Source of the DNA: Acidimicrobiales bacterium
GTDB lineage: Bacteria; Actinomycetota; Acidimicrobiia; Acidimicrobiales; Aldehydirespiratoraceae
Length of the DNA stretch: 64,000 nucleotides
Direction of reading: 5' to 3'
NCBI GenBank assembly: GCA_965200005.1
Contig: OZ241331.1
Location: 463,532-527,531 of the forward strand
Made by a program: the position numbers and the translations under genes. The notes below the pieces were generated by a model. It had not been told where the DNA came from and did no database searches. It saw nothing but the letters and a program-made list of their open reading frames with translations. Of this stretch, positions 29,506 through 38,309 are shown piece after piece (position 1 is the first letter of the stretch; the number at the start of each line of letters is the position of its first letter).

Positions 29506-31797
29506 TCAGCCTGCTGGAGCTGGAGCTGGGGTGTAGGTGAAGACCGCCACGTCCGACCGATCGTCAGCTTCATAGCTTGCCCACTCAACAGTGCCCTTCT
29601 TCATGGCGGCCAAGTCGGTCGTAATGAGCCTTTCGAAGTCATCAATTGAGATGGCATCGTCGTCACTACCATCACGGAACTGGTCGTTGCTGTCGTAGAT
29701 CGCTCGGACTGGCCGCACGTTATTGTTCGCGCCCGATGTGTCCTTATTCAAGATAACTGCGTTGCGATCAGTGTCAATCGTGAGCAATCCGCCCATCTCC
29801 GAGCCGTCCATCGCATCTTCAACCCAGTAAACATGTGCCCTACCACACGGTTGGGTTCCTCCGTCAATGGGATTTTTGTCAATGTCTTGTTCACAGGGAC
29901 CTGTGCCGTACTTGGCTGTCAGCATCTCCGCATGGCCCATGCCAGAACCTTCGTGGGTATATGAGATTCGCACTGTTCCGTCGCGGCCAGTGACACGCTC
30001 ACGTGAAGGAACCTTGCTCTTTCCACTCTGGTTTGACGAAAGCCTGACCTCCACTCCGGACATCGCAGCGCCGTACTGATCAAGGACAGACACGGTAGCT
30101 GTGACTCCGGCCCCAGATGTCGGGCCGGGATCAGTGTGGTAGCTGCCGACATCAACTGACACGGTCGTCACGTCCGGTTCCTCATCGGAGAAGAACACCT
30201 GACCCATAATTTTGGCCTGAACATCCTCCCCCATTGTGGGTGTGATCTCATACGACACTGCTGAAGTATCAGATCCGGTAGTTGCCGGGTATGCGGAACT
30301 TGGGTTCGGGTCACTGGCCGTGAGAGGAATACTCGCTGCACCAGAAGCGTCCAGCGCCAGTTCTATGGTCTCCTGGCTGTAGACACTGTCCATCTTTGGG
30401 TCATCGCCGGCATGCAACTTGACCACAACAGACAACGACCAATCTCCGGCACCGACACCAGTAGCAGCGCCTTTCGCGTCAATTAGCTGGATATTTAGGT
30501 GAACTGTTGATCCGTACCGGGCCTTTTGGGCATCCTTGGCTAGATCAGTTGAGTCTCTCACCATCACACCTGGACTCGGTACCGCTTCCTTCGTCAGTTC
30601 CATCTCAAAGGCTGCGGTATCTGTGGAACTGAACTTTGCACCGGCAGCTCCCGACCACACCCAAACAGTGACACCGCTATCGCCGATCGTCGCAGGGCCC
30701 GACAGGCTGACATCGCCGTTAGCTCCAGTGGCTTTGTCATCCTTATCGATTTCGCATACGTTCGTCTCTAGCTCTAGCGCCATCACGTGTCCGCAGGTAC
30801 CGTCATCCCTGAAGGCACGGCTCATCTGGGCGTTGTCAACCCAGAAGCCGTCAATAGCTGCGTTGGTAACGGGCGCAAGGTTGGCGTCTCGAACCGACAC
30901 AACGATGTCGCTGCCATAGGCCTGAGCGGTGACACCTGCTGGGCGCAGGCCAGTGTGATCCATCGCTCGGGTGATGAATGCAGCCATCTGGCCACGTGTC
31001 ACCGAACCACTTGGATCAAACGAGGTGCCGTCACCGACGCCACTGGTGATGCCGAGTTCATAGGCCACGCTGACCGCACGATCAATGTGTGCGGGATAGC
31101 CCATACGAACGTCATCAAAGGAGTCATTAGGAGCCTCGGAAGTTGTTCCGGTGCCCAGCCTGAAGAGACCGCTCCTATCTGTGCTCACCTCGGTGGAAGC
31201 CTTGTCAACGAGGGCCACCAAGGCAACTGCCATGTCGACACGAGACATTGCGTCGTCGGGATAGAAGTGGGAGTTGTCGCCTGACATGACACCGGCCTTG
31301 ACGACGTTGTCAATCTCATGACCGATCCATGAAGCGACACTGCCGAGGTCACTGAAACCAGCGGCTGACATATGCATGTCGTCCATGTCGCCTGACATGT
31401 CGTCCATGCCCATTTCGTCCATCATGTCCATGTCGTATTCGGCACCGATGTCGACACCCATCAAGCGAGCGGCACGAGCCAAGAACACTGCCATCTGCCA
31501 GCGTGAGACTGTGTCGTTCGGTGAGAAGGTTGAACCGTCGCCAGTGCCCTTTGAGATTCCGTAATAGGCCAAGCAGTCGATGGCGTGTGCGAACTCGTCG
31601 CCGTCCATCACATCGCTAAAGCCCTGGCTCTCAGCGGCTGCCCCAAGACATGCCGTTGACGATGCCGGCCTGTCCGGCTTGGACTTGTCGTCGATCGCCG
31701 CCGCCGGAGACGCCCCGACAGCGAAGAGCGAGGCAATCAAGGCGCCTACGGCGAGCACAGCCCAACCTAAGCGCCGCTTCTTCACTAGTTGGGGCAT
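29506..31797 (-). CDS. secreted cell-surface protein with three N-terminal SLH domains (paralogue of 26904-29264)
   Basis: From the ATG at 31797: MPQLVKKRRLGWAVLAVGALIASLFAVGASPAAA signal, then SLH repeats (FSDVMDGDEFAHAIDCLAYYGIS...). Collinear similarity to the neighbouring gene. In-frame upstream starts exist at 31827 (GTG) and 31848 (ATG). Confidence 0.85.
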   Translation of the reverse strand: MPQLVKKRRLGWAVLAVGALIASLFAVGASPAAAIDDKSKPDRPASSTACLGAAAESQGFSDVMDGDEFAHAIDCLAYYGISKGTGDGSTFSPNDTVSRWQMAVFLARAARLMGVDIGAEYDMDMMDEMGMDDMSGDMDDMHMSAAGFSDLGSVASWIGHEIDNVVKAGVMSGDNSHFYPDDAMSRVDMAVALVALVDKASTEVSTDRSGLFRLGTGTTSEAPNDSFDDVRMGYPAHIDRAVSVAYELGITSGVGDGTSFDPSGSVTRGQMAAFITRAMDHTGLRPAGVTAQAYGSDIVVSVRDANLAPVTNAAIDGFWVDNAQMSRAFRDDGTCGHVMALELETNVCEIDKDDKATGANGDVSLSGPATIGDSGVTVWVWSGAAGAKFSSTDTAAFEMELTKEAVPSPGVMVRDSTDLAKDAQKARYGSTVHLNIQLIDAKGAATGVGAGDWSLSVVVKLHAGDDPKMDSVYSQETIELALDASGAASIPLTASDPNPSSAYPATTGSDTSAVSYEITPTMGEDVQAKIMGQVFFSDEEPDVTTVSVDVGSYHTDPGPTSGAGVTATVSVLDQYGAAMSGVEVRLSSNQSGKSKVPSRERVTGRDGTVRISYTHEGSGMGHAEMLTAKYGTGPCEQDIDKNPIDGGTQPCGRAHVYWVEDAMDGSEMGGLLTIDTDRNAVILNKDTSGANNNVRPVRAIYDSNDQFRDGSDDDAISIDDFERLITTDLAAMKKGTVEWASYEADDRSDVAVFTYTPAPAPAG

Positions 31798-31862
31798 CGG
31801 CCCCTCCTTTGCTTGTACCTGGGGCACAGGCCCCTCCGAATGGGGCATGCGCCCCTCCTTTC
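31789..31862 (-). promoter_or_regulatory. three tandem Shine-Dalgarno + start-codon modules, each able to fold into a small GC hairpin
   Basis: Minus strand: AAGGAGGGGCGCATGCCCCA, TCGGAGGGGCCTGTGCCCCA and AAGGAGGGGCCGATGCCCCA. The starts at 31848, 31827 and 31797 are all in frame. Each unit contains GGGGC-n4-GCCCC. Confidence 0.45.
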
Positions 31863-32252
31863 TTCTATACCTGGATTCCCACGTGTGCCAAGTTCGGCCC
31901 GATCGGAACTGCGCACAATACACGCTTGGACCGAGCGAGATCAGCCGTGAGCACGCTAGTTACGACGCTCATCTGCTAAACCCCCCTCGGACCGCGATCC
32001 TAAGCGTCGCGGAGACGCTAACACGCGGGTCGCTCCCGTCACAGGTGAGGAGTGTAGCACGCGCACTTGGGCCGACACGTTTATTCACTACGTGCGTCGG
32101 CCGCCTTGACGGCAATTTCCGTCGTCGCAAGCACGAGTGGCTGTTGCGTCTGCCATGCACTGGCGGCGTGACTATCAACAGTTTCACCACGGACGGAGAG
32201 GATAACGCAGTCATTGGGTACGACAGGGTATTGAGGTAAGGGTGAGATCTGC

Positions 32253-32792
32253 GTGAACTGTTGGCTGATGTTGGCTGATCTAGCCTCGTGGCTTGTGGCG
32301 GGTGACACGGTGCGGCTGGCGACTGTTGAGGACGCAGATGCCATACGGCGGATTTACAACCACGAGGTGTTGCATACGACCCATACGTTCGACATTGAGC
32401 CTCGTTCGCATGCCGATCAGGTGGCTTGGTTGCGTGAACGGGAGGGGGCGTTTGCTGTGATCGTGTCGCTGACTGGTGGGATTGTTTCGGGGTTTGCGTC
32501 TTTGAGTCCGTACCGGCCTCGGGCTGCTTATCGGACGTCGGTTGAGTCGAGCGTGTACGTGGATGCGAGCCAGCGAGGGCGTGGCCTGGGGAAGCTGCTC
32601 ATGGTGGAACTGGTTTCTTTGGCTGCTGCACGGGGCTTTCATGCGATGTTTGCTCGCATTTCGGGCGGGCATGAGGCGTCGATCCGACTGCATCGAGGCG
32701 TTGGTTTTGTTGAGGTGGGCGTGGAGCGTGAGGTCGGCCGCAAGTTCGGCACGTGGCTCGACATCGTCGTGATGCAGCGCATGCTCGCCTAA
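32253..32792 (+). CDS. GNAT N-acetyltransferase (phosphinothricin/MSO acetyltransferase-like)
   Basis: VRLATVEDADAIRRIYNHEVLHTTHTFD start region and acetyl-CoA motif QRGRGLGKLL. The true start is probably internal to the ORF. Confidence 0.8.
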   Translation: MNCWLMLADLASWLVAGDTVRLATVEDADAIRRIYNHEVLHTTHTFDIEPRSHADQVAWLREREGAFAVIVSLTGGIVSGFASLSPYRPRAAYRTSVESSVYVDASQRGRGLGKLLMVELVSLAAARGFHAMFARISGGHEASIRLHRGVGFVEVGVEREVGRKFGTWLDIVVMQRMLA

Positions 32793-32819
32793 GCGCTGAG
32801 TCCACCCGGCCGCCAACGA

Positions 32820-32864
32820 AATTTGTGGCTCTATGTGTCTCTGAGACACAAAATCACACAAATT
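32820..32864 (+). terminator. nested inverted repeats downstream of the GNAT gene
   Basis: Outer arms AATTTGTG/CACAAATT (32820-27 and 32857-64). Inner arms TGTGTCT-ctg-AGACACA (32834-32850). Followed by TTCGGTTTCT. Confidence 0.3.
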
Positions 32865-32969
32865 CGGTTTCTCCGGGGCCTGGATCGGCTCAGTGGAGCA
32901 TGCGGCCACGTGTCAACGACGAGGTGGCCCGGTTGAGTGGGGGCGTCAGGGTTGGTGCAATGGGGCGCG

Positions 32970-33051
32970 TGGGCCGGGGAGGATTCGAACCTCCGTAGGC
33001 TGAGCCGACGGGTTTACAGCCCGTTCCCTTTGGCCGCTCGGGCACCGACCC
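32970..33051 (-). tRNA. tRNA-Tyr (anticodon GTA)
   Basis: Hand-folded cloverleaf. Acceptor GGGTCGG/CCGGCCC (one G-U pair), D-arm CCCGAGCGGCCAAAGGG, anticodon stem-loop ACGGG-CTGTAAA-CCCGT, long variable arm CGGCTCAGCCTAC, T-arm GGAGGTTCGAATCCTCC. CCA is not encoded. Confidence 0.85.
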
Positions 33052-33244
33052 GCGTAGCCCGCAATGCTACCGGCCCCGACATCATCACCACCGCACCCCC
33101 CCGAGTTCACACTGAGGTTTGCGCTGCGGAGCGTCACGTGTCGCAGCACTTCCCCGAAATGTCGGCTTCCTACCTATGCAGCTATCCGTGTCATTCGCTC
33201 CTCGCACACGGGCCGCATTGTGACAATGGACGCAGCTCAAGGCC

Positions 33245-33331
33245 AGATACGGAAAGAATCCTGCTATTCAAGGGCGAGATCTTTCCGCACTTGCTACTCG
33301 CAGCCGCCCAACGGAACGATCGTGGGCTATT
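33245..33331 (+). repeat. copy A of an ~87-bp direct repeat flanking the abiE module
   Basis: AGATACGGAAAGAATCCTGCTATTC...TCTTTCCG...GCTACTCGCAGCC...AACGGAACGATCGTGGGCTATT. Roughly 75-80% identical by eye to 35284-35369, in the same orientation. Confidence 0.8.
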
Positions 33332-33487
33332 GAACGATCGTGGCCAGCAGCTAGACATTGGCCTTTAGCAACGGCTCTCGGAGCTGAGATCCGGGACAGT
33401 TCTGTCGGCTTTGGTGTGCGACGCTGGCGGCCCTCAGCGAGTGCCGGATGCACGGCCGCAGTTGTCCGACAAGCAGTCGTACGGTTG

Positions 33488-34492
33488 CTAGGCAGCGTCA
33501 AGGTCACGTATTGCCTTCATTGAATCGGCAAAGTCCGGGAGAGGTGCCCCGGAGGGCAGATAGTCGGGCATTTCGGTCTCGTATGCAACTCGTAAGGCTT
33601 CATACGCAAGCGAACCCGGGCGAAACAGGTCTGTGCTGCCATAGCCGCTAGCGGGTCGCGGCTCGTGATGACGGCCGCTCGGCACCATCATCTGTACAGC
33701 GAGTTCAGGAATGCGATTCCGTGTCTCGTCTGCGTATTTGGAACGTGCAATGGCGGCAAGGTCAAACACGTCGCGGACGCGAAATGCGAGCCGCCGGCCT
33801 CTGCTGCCTTCGACAACTGCTCGTCGATGCAGCGCGTCAAGCTTGTTTACGGCCGTTATCGGCACCACGACCACAGGCAGGCTGAATCCCCCTAGCTCTG
33901 GATGCTCTGATTGAAGCTCGGGCAGGCACCGAGCGATTATGGACTGCACCGGTCTCCACTCCGTCATGGAGCCACTCAAATCGGGGGGCTGGTTCACTCC
34001 ATCGAGCTTGAACCTTCGACCATCAGGAGTCACTATCTGTGAGATACGGATGTCGCCAGACCCAGCGCTTGAACGAGTGCCTCCGACCTCTTCAGTTACC
34101 CATGTCGCGACACGTTGACGCGCTTTCTTTAGTGCCTTCCTTGATACCTGTTCGCTCGCCGCGTAGAGGAAATAGTCAACATCGGACGAGAATCGCTCTG
34201 CCAGTTGCCAAGCAGCGGTTAGCGATGTGCCTCCTGCAAACCCCCAGTGCCCAACGACGGCCCCAAGCGGAGTAGTGCCCTGGCGCTCGGCCCGCCTTAC
34301 ATCGGCGGGTGAGGGGCCTAGACGGATCTGGTCATCACCGGCGAGTTCGCGAGCGATGCCATATAGCCCTCGAATCAACCAATAGTCATCGTTGACAAGC
34401 TCTCGTTCGTATCCACTGCTGCTGGCGACCTCGATGAGTACTGGGTCGAAGTTGCCGGACTCGGTAAGTGGGTTCGGCCTCTGAGCTTTCAC
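33488..34492 (-). CDS. abiEii: AbiEii/AbiGii-family nucleotidyltransferase toxin
   Basis: Family motif GGTSLTAAWQLAERFSSDVDY. The GTG at 34492 overlaps the upstream stop (GTGA); the ORF is open to 34525. Confidence 0.75.
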   Translation of the reverse strand: MKAQRPNPLTESGNFDPVLIEVASSSGYERELVNDDYWLIRGLYGIARELAGDDQIRLGPSPADVRRAERQGTTPLGAVVGHWGFAGGTSLTAAWQLAERFSSDVDYFLYAASEQVSRKALKKARQRVATWVTEEVGGTRSSAGSGDIRISQIVTPDGRRFKLDGVNQPPDLSGSMTEWRPVQSIIARCLPELQSEHPELGGFSLPVVVVPITAVNKLDALHRRAVVEGSRGRRLAFRVRDVFDLAAIARSKYADETRNRIPELAVQMMVPSGRHHEPRPASGYGSTDLFRPGSLAYEALRVAYETEMPDYLPSGAPLPDFADSMKAIRDLDAA

Positions 34493-35199
34493 CGATCGGA
34501 AGGTCTCGCACGGAGCGCCGCACATACATCTGCTAGGCGCTCATCAAGTGGCGCTAGCGAAATGGGACCGAGCGACCGGAGTTTCTGTTCGAGATGGCGT
34601 GGCTCTTCGCGGTCGATGACAGCTTCAATTGCATCAGGGCGGAGCGTCATGTGTGTCGGCATTCTCCCTACACGTATGTCGAGACTCAAGCACATCAAGA
34701 TGTACTCCCATGAAAAATCATCACTACCTAACCACTGTTTGACCGCTTCGATCAAGCTTACCTCTTCCCATGTGAGGTTCAGTCGGTGTTTGGCCGACGA
34801 GTATTCCCAACGCAAGTGTGTGATTGAGGAGTCAACGGGTTCGGTTCGCAGTGCAGTAATGCGGTACACGGCTGGAATCTGCGTTGTCCATCCGAAGGCA
34901 CGTAACGCCGTTGAACCTGCCAAGCCGCCGCCGGGTCCGGCGATCCACCCAAGCGCTTGTGACAAGCAACGAGTCGAGGCTCCGATCGTGCAATAGGCAT
35001 TGGGGCGTAGACGCTTCCAATAGATGCCGCTGCTGACACGCTCAAGCAACGGCTCCGAGCCACGGGAGAGCTTGTGCAACAACTCGGTTCGGGGCTCGGG
35101 CTTGCCGGGCACATCGTCAGCCCGGAACAGAGTGTCAGCCTCAAGCTGTTGCACCCAACTGCGTGCTGACGTCATGTCGGTGAAGTTAGCTGTTTGCAC
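34489..35199 (-). CDS. abiEi: AbiEi-family antitoxin / transcriptional regulator
   Basis: N-terminal wHTH-like segment ...LLHKLSRGSEPLLERVSSGIYWK and GLAGSTALRAFGWTTQIP. Translationally coupled to the AbiEii gene. Confidence 0.65.
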   Translation of the reverse strand: MQTANFTDMTSARSWVQQLEADTLFRADDVPGKPEPRTELLHKLSRGSEPLLERVSSGIYWKRLRPNAYCTIGASTRCLSQALGWIAGPGGGLAGSTALRAFGWTTQIPAVYRITALRTEPVDSSITHLRWEYSSAKHRLNLTWEEVSLIEAVKQWLGSDDFSWEYILMCLSLDIRVGRMPTHMTLRPDAIEAVIDREEPRHLEQKLRSLGPISLAPLDERLADVCAALRARPSDR

Positions 35200-35283
35200 G
35201 CCGCGAGGCTATTGACGCGTGTTGCCGGATTAGCCGTCGATGGCGGTCGCGTTGGATCACGACAGTCAGAATGATTTGCGGCT

Positions 35284-35369
35284 AGATACGGAAAGATTCT
35301 TACTATTCGAGGTACGATTCTTTCCGTACTGGCTATTCGCAGCCAGGTAACGGAACGATTGTGGCTATT
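35284..35369 (+). repeat. copy B of the ~87-bp direct repeat, in the abiEi / fic divergent intergenic region
   Basis: AGATACGGAAAGATTCTTACTATTC...TCTTTCCG...GCTATTCGCAGCC...AACGGAACGATTGTGGCTATT. See copy A. Confidence 0.8.
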
Positions 35370-35400
35370 CGGCCTGGGTAACGCCACCCGAAAGGTAGAC

Positions 35401-36738
35401 ATGGGGCGACACGTAACAGCTAAAGGACTCATGCTCTCCGAGGGCACATTCGGAGCCAAGACATATCGCGCATATGTGCCGCATCCGCTCATGCCACACG
35501 TGCCATTCCAAGACCCAGACCCGCACGCCTCCTATAGCGCTGCTCTAGCAATCAAGAGTGTCACACTGCCCGTGTCCACCGATGCGTCGCTGTTGTGGGG
35601 GTTAGCTCAACACGAGAGCATTCAATCAAGTCGCTTAGAGCAGATTCGGGCACCAGGAGTTGCGACTGGTCACGCCGCTTGGCTAGCCCAAATGGGCATA
35701 ACGCAGCTTGATCCTGACGACGCTCGCGTACTGGGAAATCTGAGAATGATGCGTCACGCGGAACGGCTCGGGAAGTCGATCCATGAAGGTGCCAGGATCA
35801 CCGTAGAGGACGTCTTGACCCTTCACGAACGCCTGTTCGACAAGACTCCAGATCGTGTCTTGGGAGGTGAGCTGCGTGACTCGCCGATCTGGATCGGCCC
35901 ACCCGGCACTGACATCTCCCACGCAAGCTATGTGGCTCCCCCACCTGAACTCGTGCCTGACCTGTTGGATGATCTCATCAGCTACATCAACACGGATACC
36001 GACGATCCGCCATTGCGCGCTGCCATAGTTCACGCGCAATTCGAAACGATCCACCCATTTGAAGACGGAAACGGACGCGCGGGAAGAGCTTTAATTCACG
36101 TCGTTCTCAGAGGCTCAGGTCTCGCCAAGTGCGTGCTACCGATAAGCGCGGCTCTTGCCCGTGACGTGAGCCGCTACCACCGCGCACTGAACGCCTATCG
36201 GTATGTCGGCTCACCGACCGGTCTTCAACGCGTAGATGCGTTACGACCATGGATGCGATGTTTCGCGGATGCTTGCATTAGCGCTTCCGCAGAAGGAACT
36301 CGCTTTGGTGATCGTCTTAGCGAAATCACAGACAGTTGGGAGATGCGACTACGTCCACAGCGGGGCTCGGACTTGAGTAAGGCGCTGATCCTGCTGCGAC
36401 GTTTTCCTCTTGTTGACAGGGCAACACTCACACGCCAAGCCAACATTGAGCCACGTAACGCACGCATGCTGTTGAGGAAACTGAGTAGCGCAGGGGTGCT
36501 TCGCAGGCTGGGGATGGAAACACGCGGGGGCAGATTCGAAGCCCACGAAATCGTGTCCGCTTACAAAGACGCCCAGCAGGGACGGTTTGCGTTGGCCCGT
36601 AATACCGATCGTTGGGTTGCCTCAACATCTCAGACATCAACCCCTGCTGACGGTCGTTGCACTCAAGTAGGGCCGCGCTCCCACAAGCAGTGTGTGCTGC
36701 GGGGTGGGCATCGGGGGCAGCATCGGTACTCGCGTTGA
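35401..36738 (+). CDS. Fic-family protein (AMPylase-type fold) with a Fic_N-type N-terminus and a C-terminal wHTH-like region
   Basis: Canonical Fic motif HPFEDGNGRAGRALIHVVL. N-terminal YRAYVPHPL, typical of Fic_N. The ATG at 35401 is preceded by GAAAGG; the ORF is open from 35359. Confidence 0.85.
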   Translation: MGRHVTAKGLMLSEGTFGAKTYRAYVPHPLMPHVPFQDPDPHASYSAALAIKSVTLPVSTDASLLWGLAQHESIQSSRLEQIRAPGVATGHAAWLAQMGITQLDPDDARVLGNLRMMRHAERLGKSIHEGARITVEDVLTLHERLFDKTPDRVLGGELRDSPIWIGPPGTDISHASYVAPPPELVPDLLDDLISYINTDTDDPPLRAAIVHAQFETIHPFEDGNGRAGRALIHVVLRGSGLAKCVLPISAALARDVSRYHRALNAYRYVGSPTGLQRVDALRPWMRCFADACISASAEGTRFGDRLSEITDSWEMRLRPQRGSDLSKALILLRRFPLVDRATLTRQANIEPRNARMLLRKLSSAGVLRRLGMETRGGRFEAHEIVSAYKDAQQGRFALARNTDRWVASTSQTSTPADGRCTQVGPRSHKQCVLRGGHRGQHRYSR

Positions 36739-36810
36739 TGGTGGGGCGAGTTGGGGGATTTGGTGGGTAGTTTCGGGCGGACGTGCGGGGCTCTCTGAGG
36801 TGGATGGCGG

Positions 36811-37300
36811 ATGCCGAGTTTTGACATTGTTAGCCGGCTTGACATGCAAGAGATCCGTAATGCTGTTGACCAGGCGGGTCGGGAAGTTGCGACTCGTTTT
36901 GACTTCCGTGGAACCAAATTCGTCGATCAATCTTGGCGATGGGGCGATTGTGTTGAACTCGTCGACCCGGGATCGGTTAGCGGCTGTACGTCAGGTGCTT
37001 GAGGAGAAACTGGTGCGTAGAAAGGTGTCGCTCAAGACGCTCGACTACGGCAAGGTGCAAGAGGCGGCTGGTGCCAGAGCGCGTCAGGTCGTGGCGCTGC
37101 GTGCTGGCATCTCGAGCGACAACGCTCGTGAACTGCACAAGATGATCAAGGGGCTGCGAATCAAGGGCGTGCAGTCGTCAACGCAGGGCGATCAACTGCG
37201 AGTGCAATCGAAGAAGCGTGATTCCCTACAAGCTGTGATTGCCGCGCTTAAAGAGTCGGACTACCACTTGCCGTTGGAGTACGTGAACTATCGCCGCTAG
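36811..37300 (+). pseudogene. yajQ: YajQ-family (UPF0234) nucleotide-binding protein with a single frameshift
   Basis: The N-terminus [36 protein letters not shown] is in one frame (63-aa ORF). The remainder, [15 protein letters not shown]...QGDQLRVQSKKRDSLQAVIAALKESDYHLPLEYVNYRR*, is in the +1 frame. The span is 490 nt, which is 163 codons plus 1 nt. The switch is at the A3T2 run, about 36916-36920. Confidence 0.75.
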
Positions 37301-37313
37301 CAGCGGCCTTCGC

Positions 37314-38180
37314 CTACGACCAGTAGCTGGGGTTTTCTAGGCGCTTGATGCGCTCTGAGGTGGGCGGGTGCGTGCTGAACAACTTGCCAAAGCCGCCACC
37401 GCTGGAGCCTCGGGCCTGAGCCTTGAGCGGGTCGATGATGTAGTTGGACGCCTGGCTTGGGTTAACGCCGGAGGGAATCCGCTGCGAATACACCTCAAGG
37501 CGGTTCAGGGCACGGGCTAGCGGCCGACCATCGCCGATGAGCTTCGCAGCCGAAGCGTCGGCTTGGAACTCGCGACTGCGGCTGATGGCGGCCTGGATGA
37601 GCGTGGCAGCTATCGGTGCCAGGATTGCGAAGATCAGTTGGCCAAAGACGTTGCCGCCGCCCTCGTTGTCACGGCCGCCGGCGAACATCGCACCCCACAT
37701 CGCCATGTTGGCAACGAATGTGACCGCCATGCCGATGGCGGCGGCGACCGAACCGATCAAGATGTCACGGTTGCGAATGTGAGCAAGTTCGTGGGCTAGC
37801 ACGCCACGAATCTCGTCCCAGCCCATGGCCTGCACCAGGCCGGCTGTAATGCAGACGGCTGCGTTGTTGGGATTGCGACCGGTTGCGAAGGCATTGGGCT
37901 GCAGGTTCGGCGACATGTACAGCTTCGGCATTGGCATCTGGGCGCGAGCGCACAAGTCCTCCATGATGGCGTGGTAACGAGGCATCTCGGATCGGGAGAC
38001 TGGCTTGGCTTTTGCCGATGCGATAGCCAGCTTGTGGCTGAACCAGTAGGAACCTCCGGCCATTAGGAGGCCGAGCACCAAGCCGATCACCAGGCCGCTC
38101 TGCCCGAACTGGCCCCCGATCACGACACAAAGCCCGCCTAGCAGTGCGAGCAGTGTGAAAGTCTTCGCCGCATTAAACAT
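37314..38180 (-). CDS. htpX: M48-family zinc metalloprotease HtpX
   Basis: [10 protein letters not shown] (HExxH) and four TM segments. The ATG at 38180 is preceded by GGAGGTG and gives 288 aa; the 434-aa ORF extension upstream looks non-coding. Confidence 0.85.
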   Translation of the reverse strand: MFNAAKTFTLLALLGGLCVVIGGQFGQSGLVIGLVLGLLMAGGSYWFSHKLAIASAKAKPVSRSEMPRYHAIMEDLCARAQMPMPKLYMSPNLQPNAFATGRNPNNAAVCITAGLVQAMGWDEIRGVLAHELAHIRNRDILIGSVAAAIGMAVTFVANMAMWGAMFAGGRDNEGGGNVFGQLIFAILAPIAATLIQAAISRSREFQADASAAKLIGDGRPLARALNRLEVYSQRIPSGVNPSQASNYIIDPLKAQARGSSGGGFGKLFSTHPPTSERIKRLENPSYWS

Positions 38181-38309
38181 CTGACACCTCCGCTGTACGC
38201 ATTCGCAGTGAACCTCAAAACTAGGCGCCATATAGGTAAGTGGCGCGTTAAGGCTGTCGTCGGCAGTAACGCTACTGATGCCGTCGGTGGTGGCAGATAG
38301 TTTTATGCG

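Noticed and set aside
31580-32239. 219-aa + strand ORF spanning the SLH gene 5' end and its upstream region
   Set aside because: It is antisense to the signal-peptide region of a strongly supported gene and runs across the repeated SD/start units. No motifs.
32280-32909. 209-aa - strand ORF
   Set aside because: It is antisense to the GNAT acetyltransferase, which has clear family motifs. The translation is His/Arg/Pro-rich junk.
36692-36810. 5' part of the 202-aa ORF overlapping the Fic gene end
   Set aside because: It is an artefact of the yajQ frameshift. The true YajQ N-terminus (MPSFDIVS...) is in the other frame, starting at 36811.
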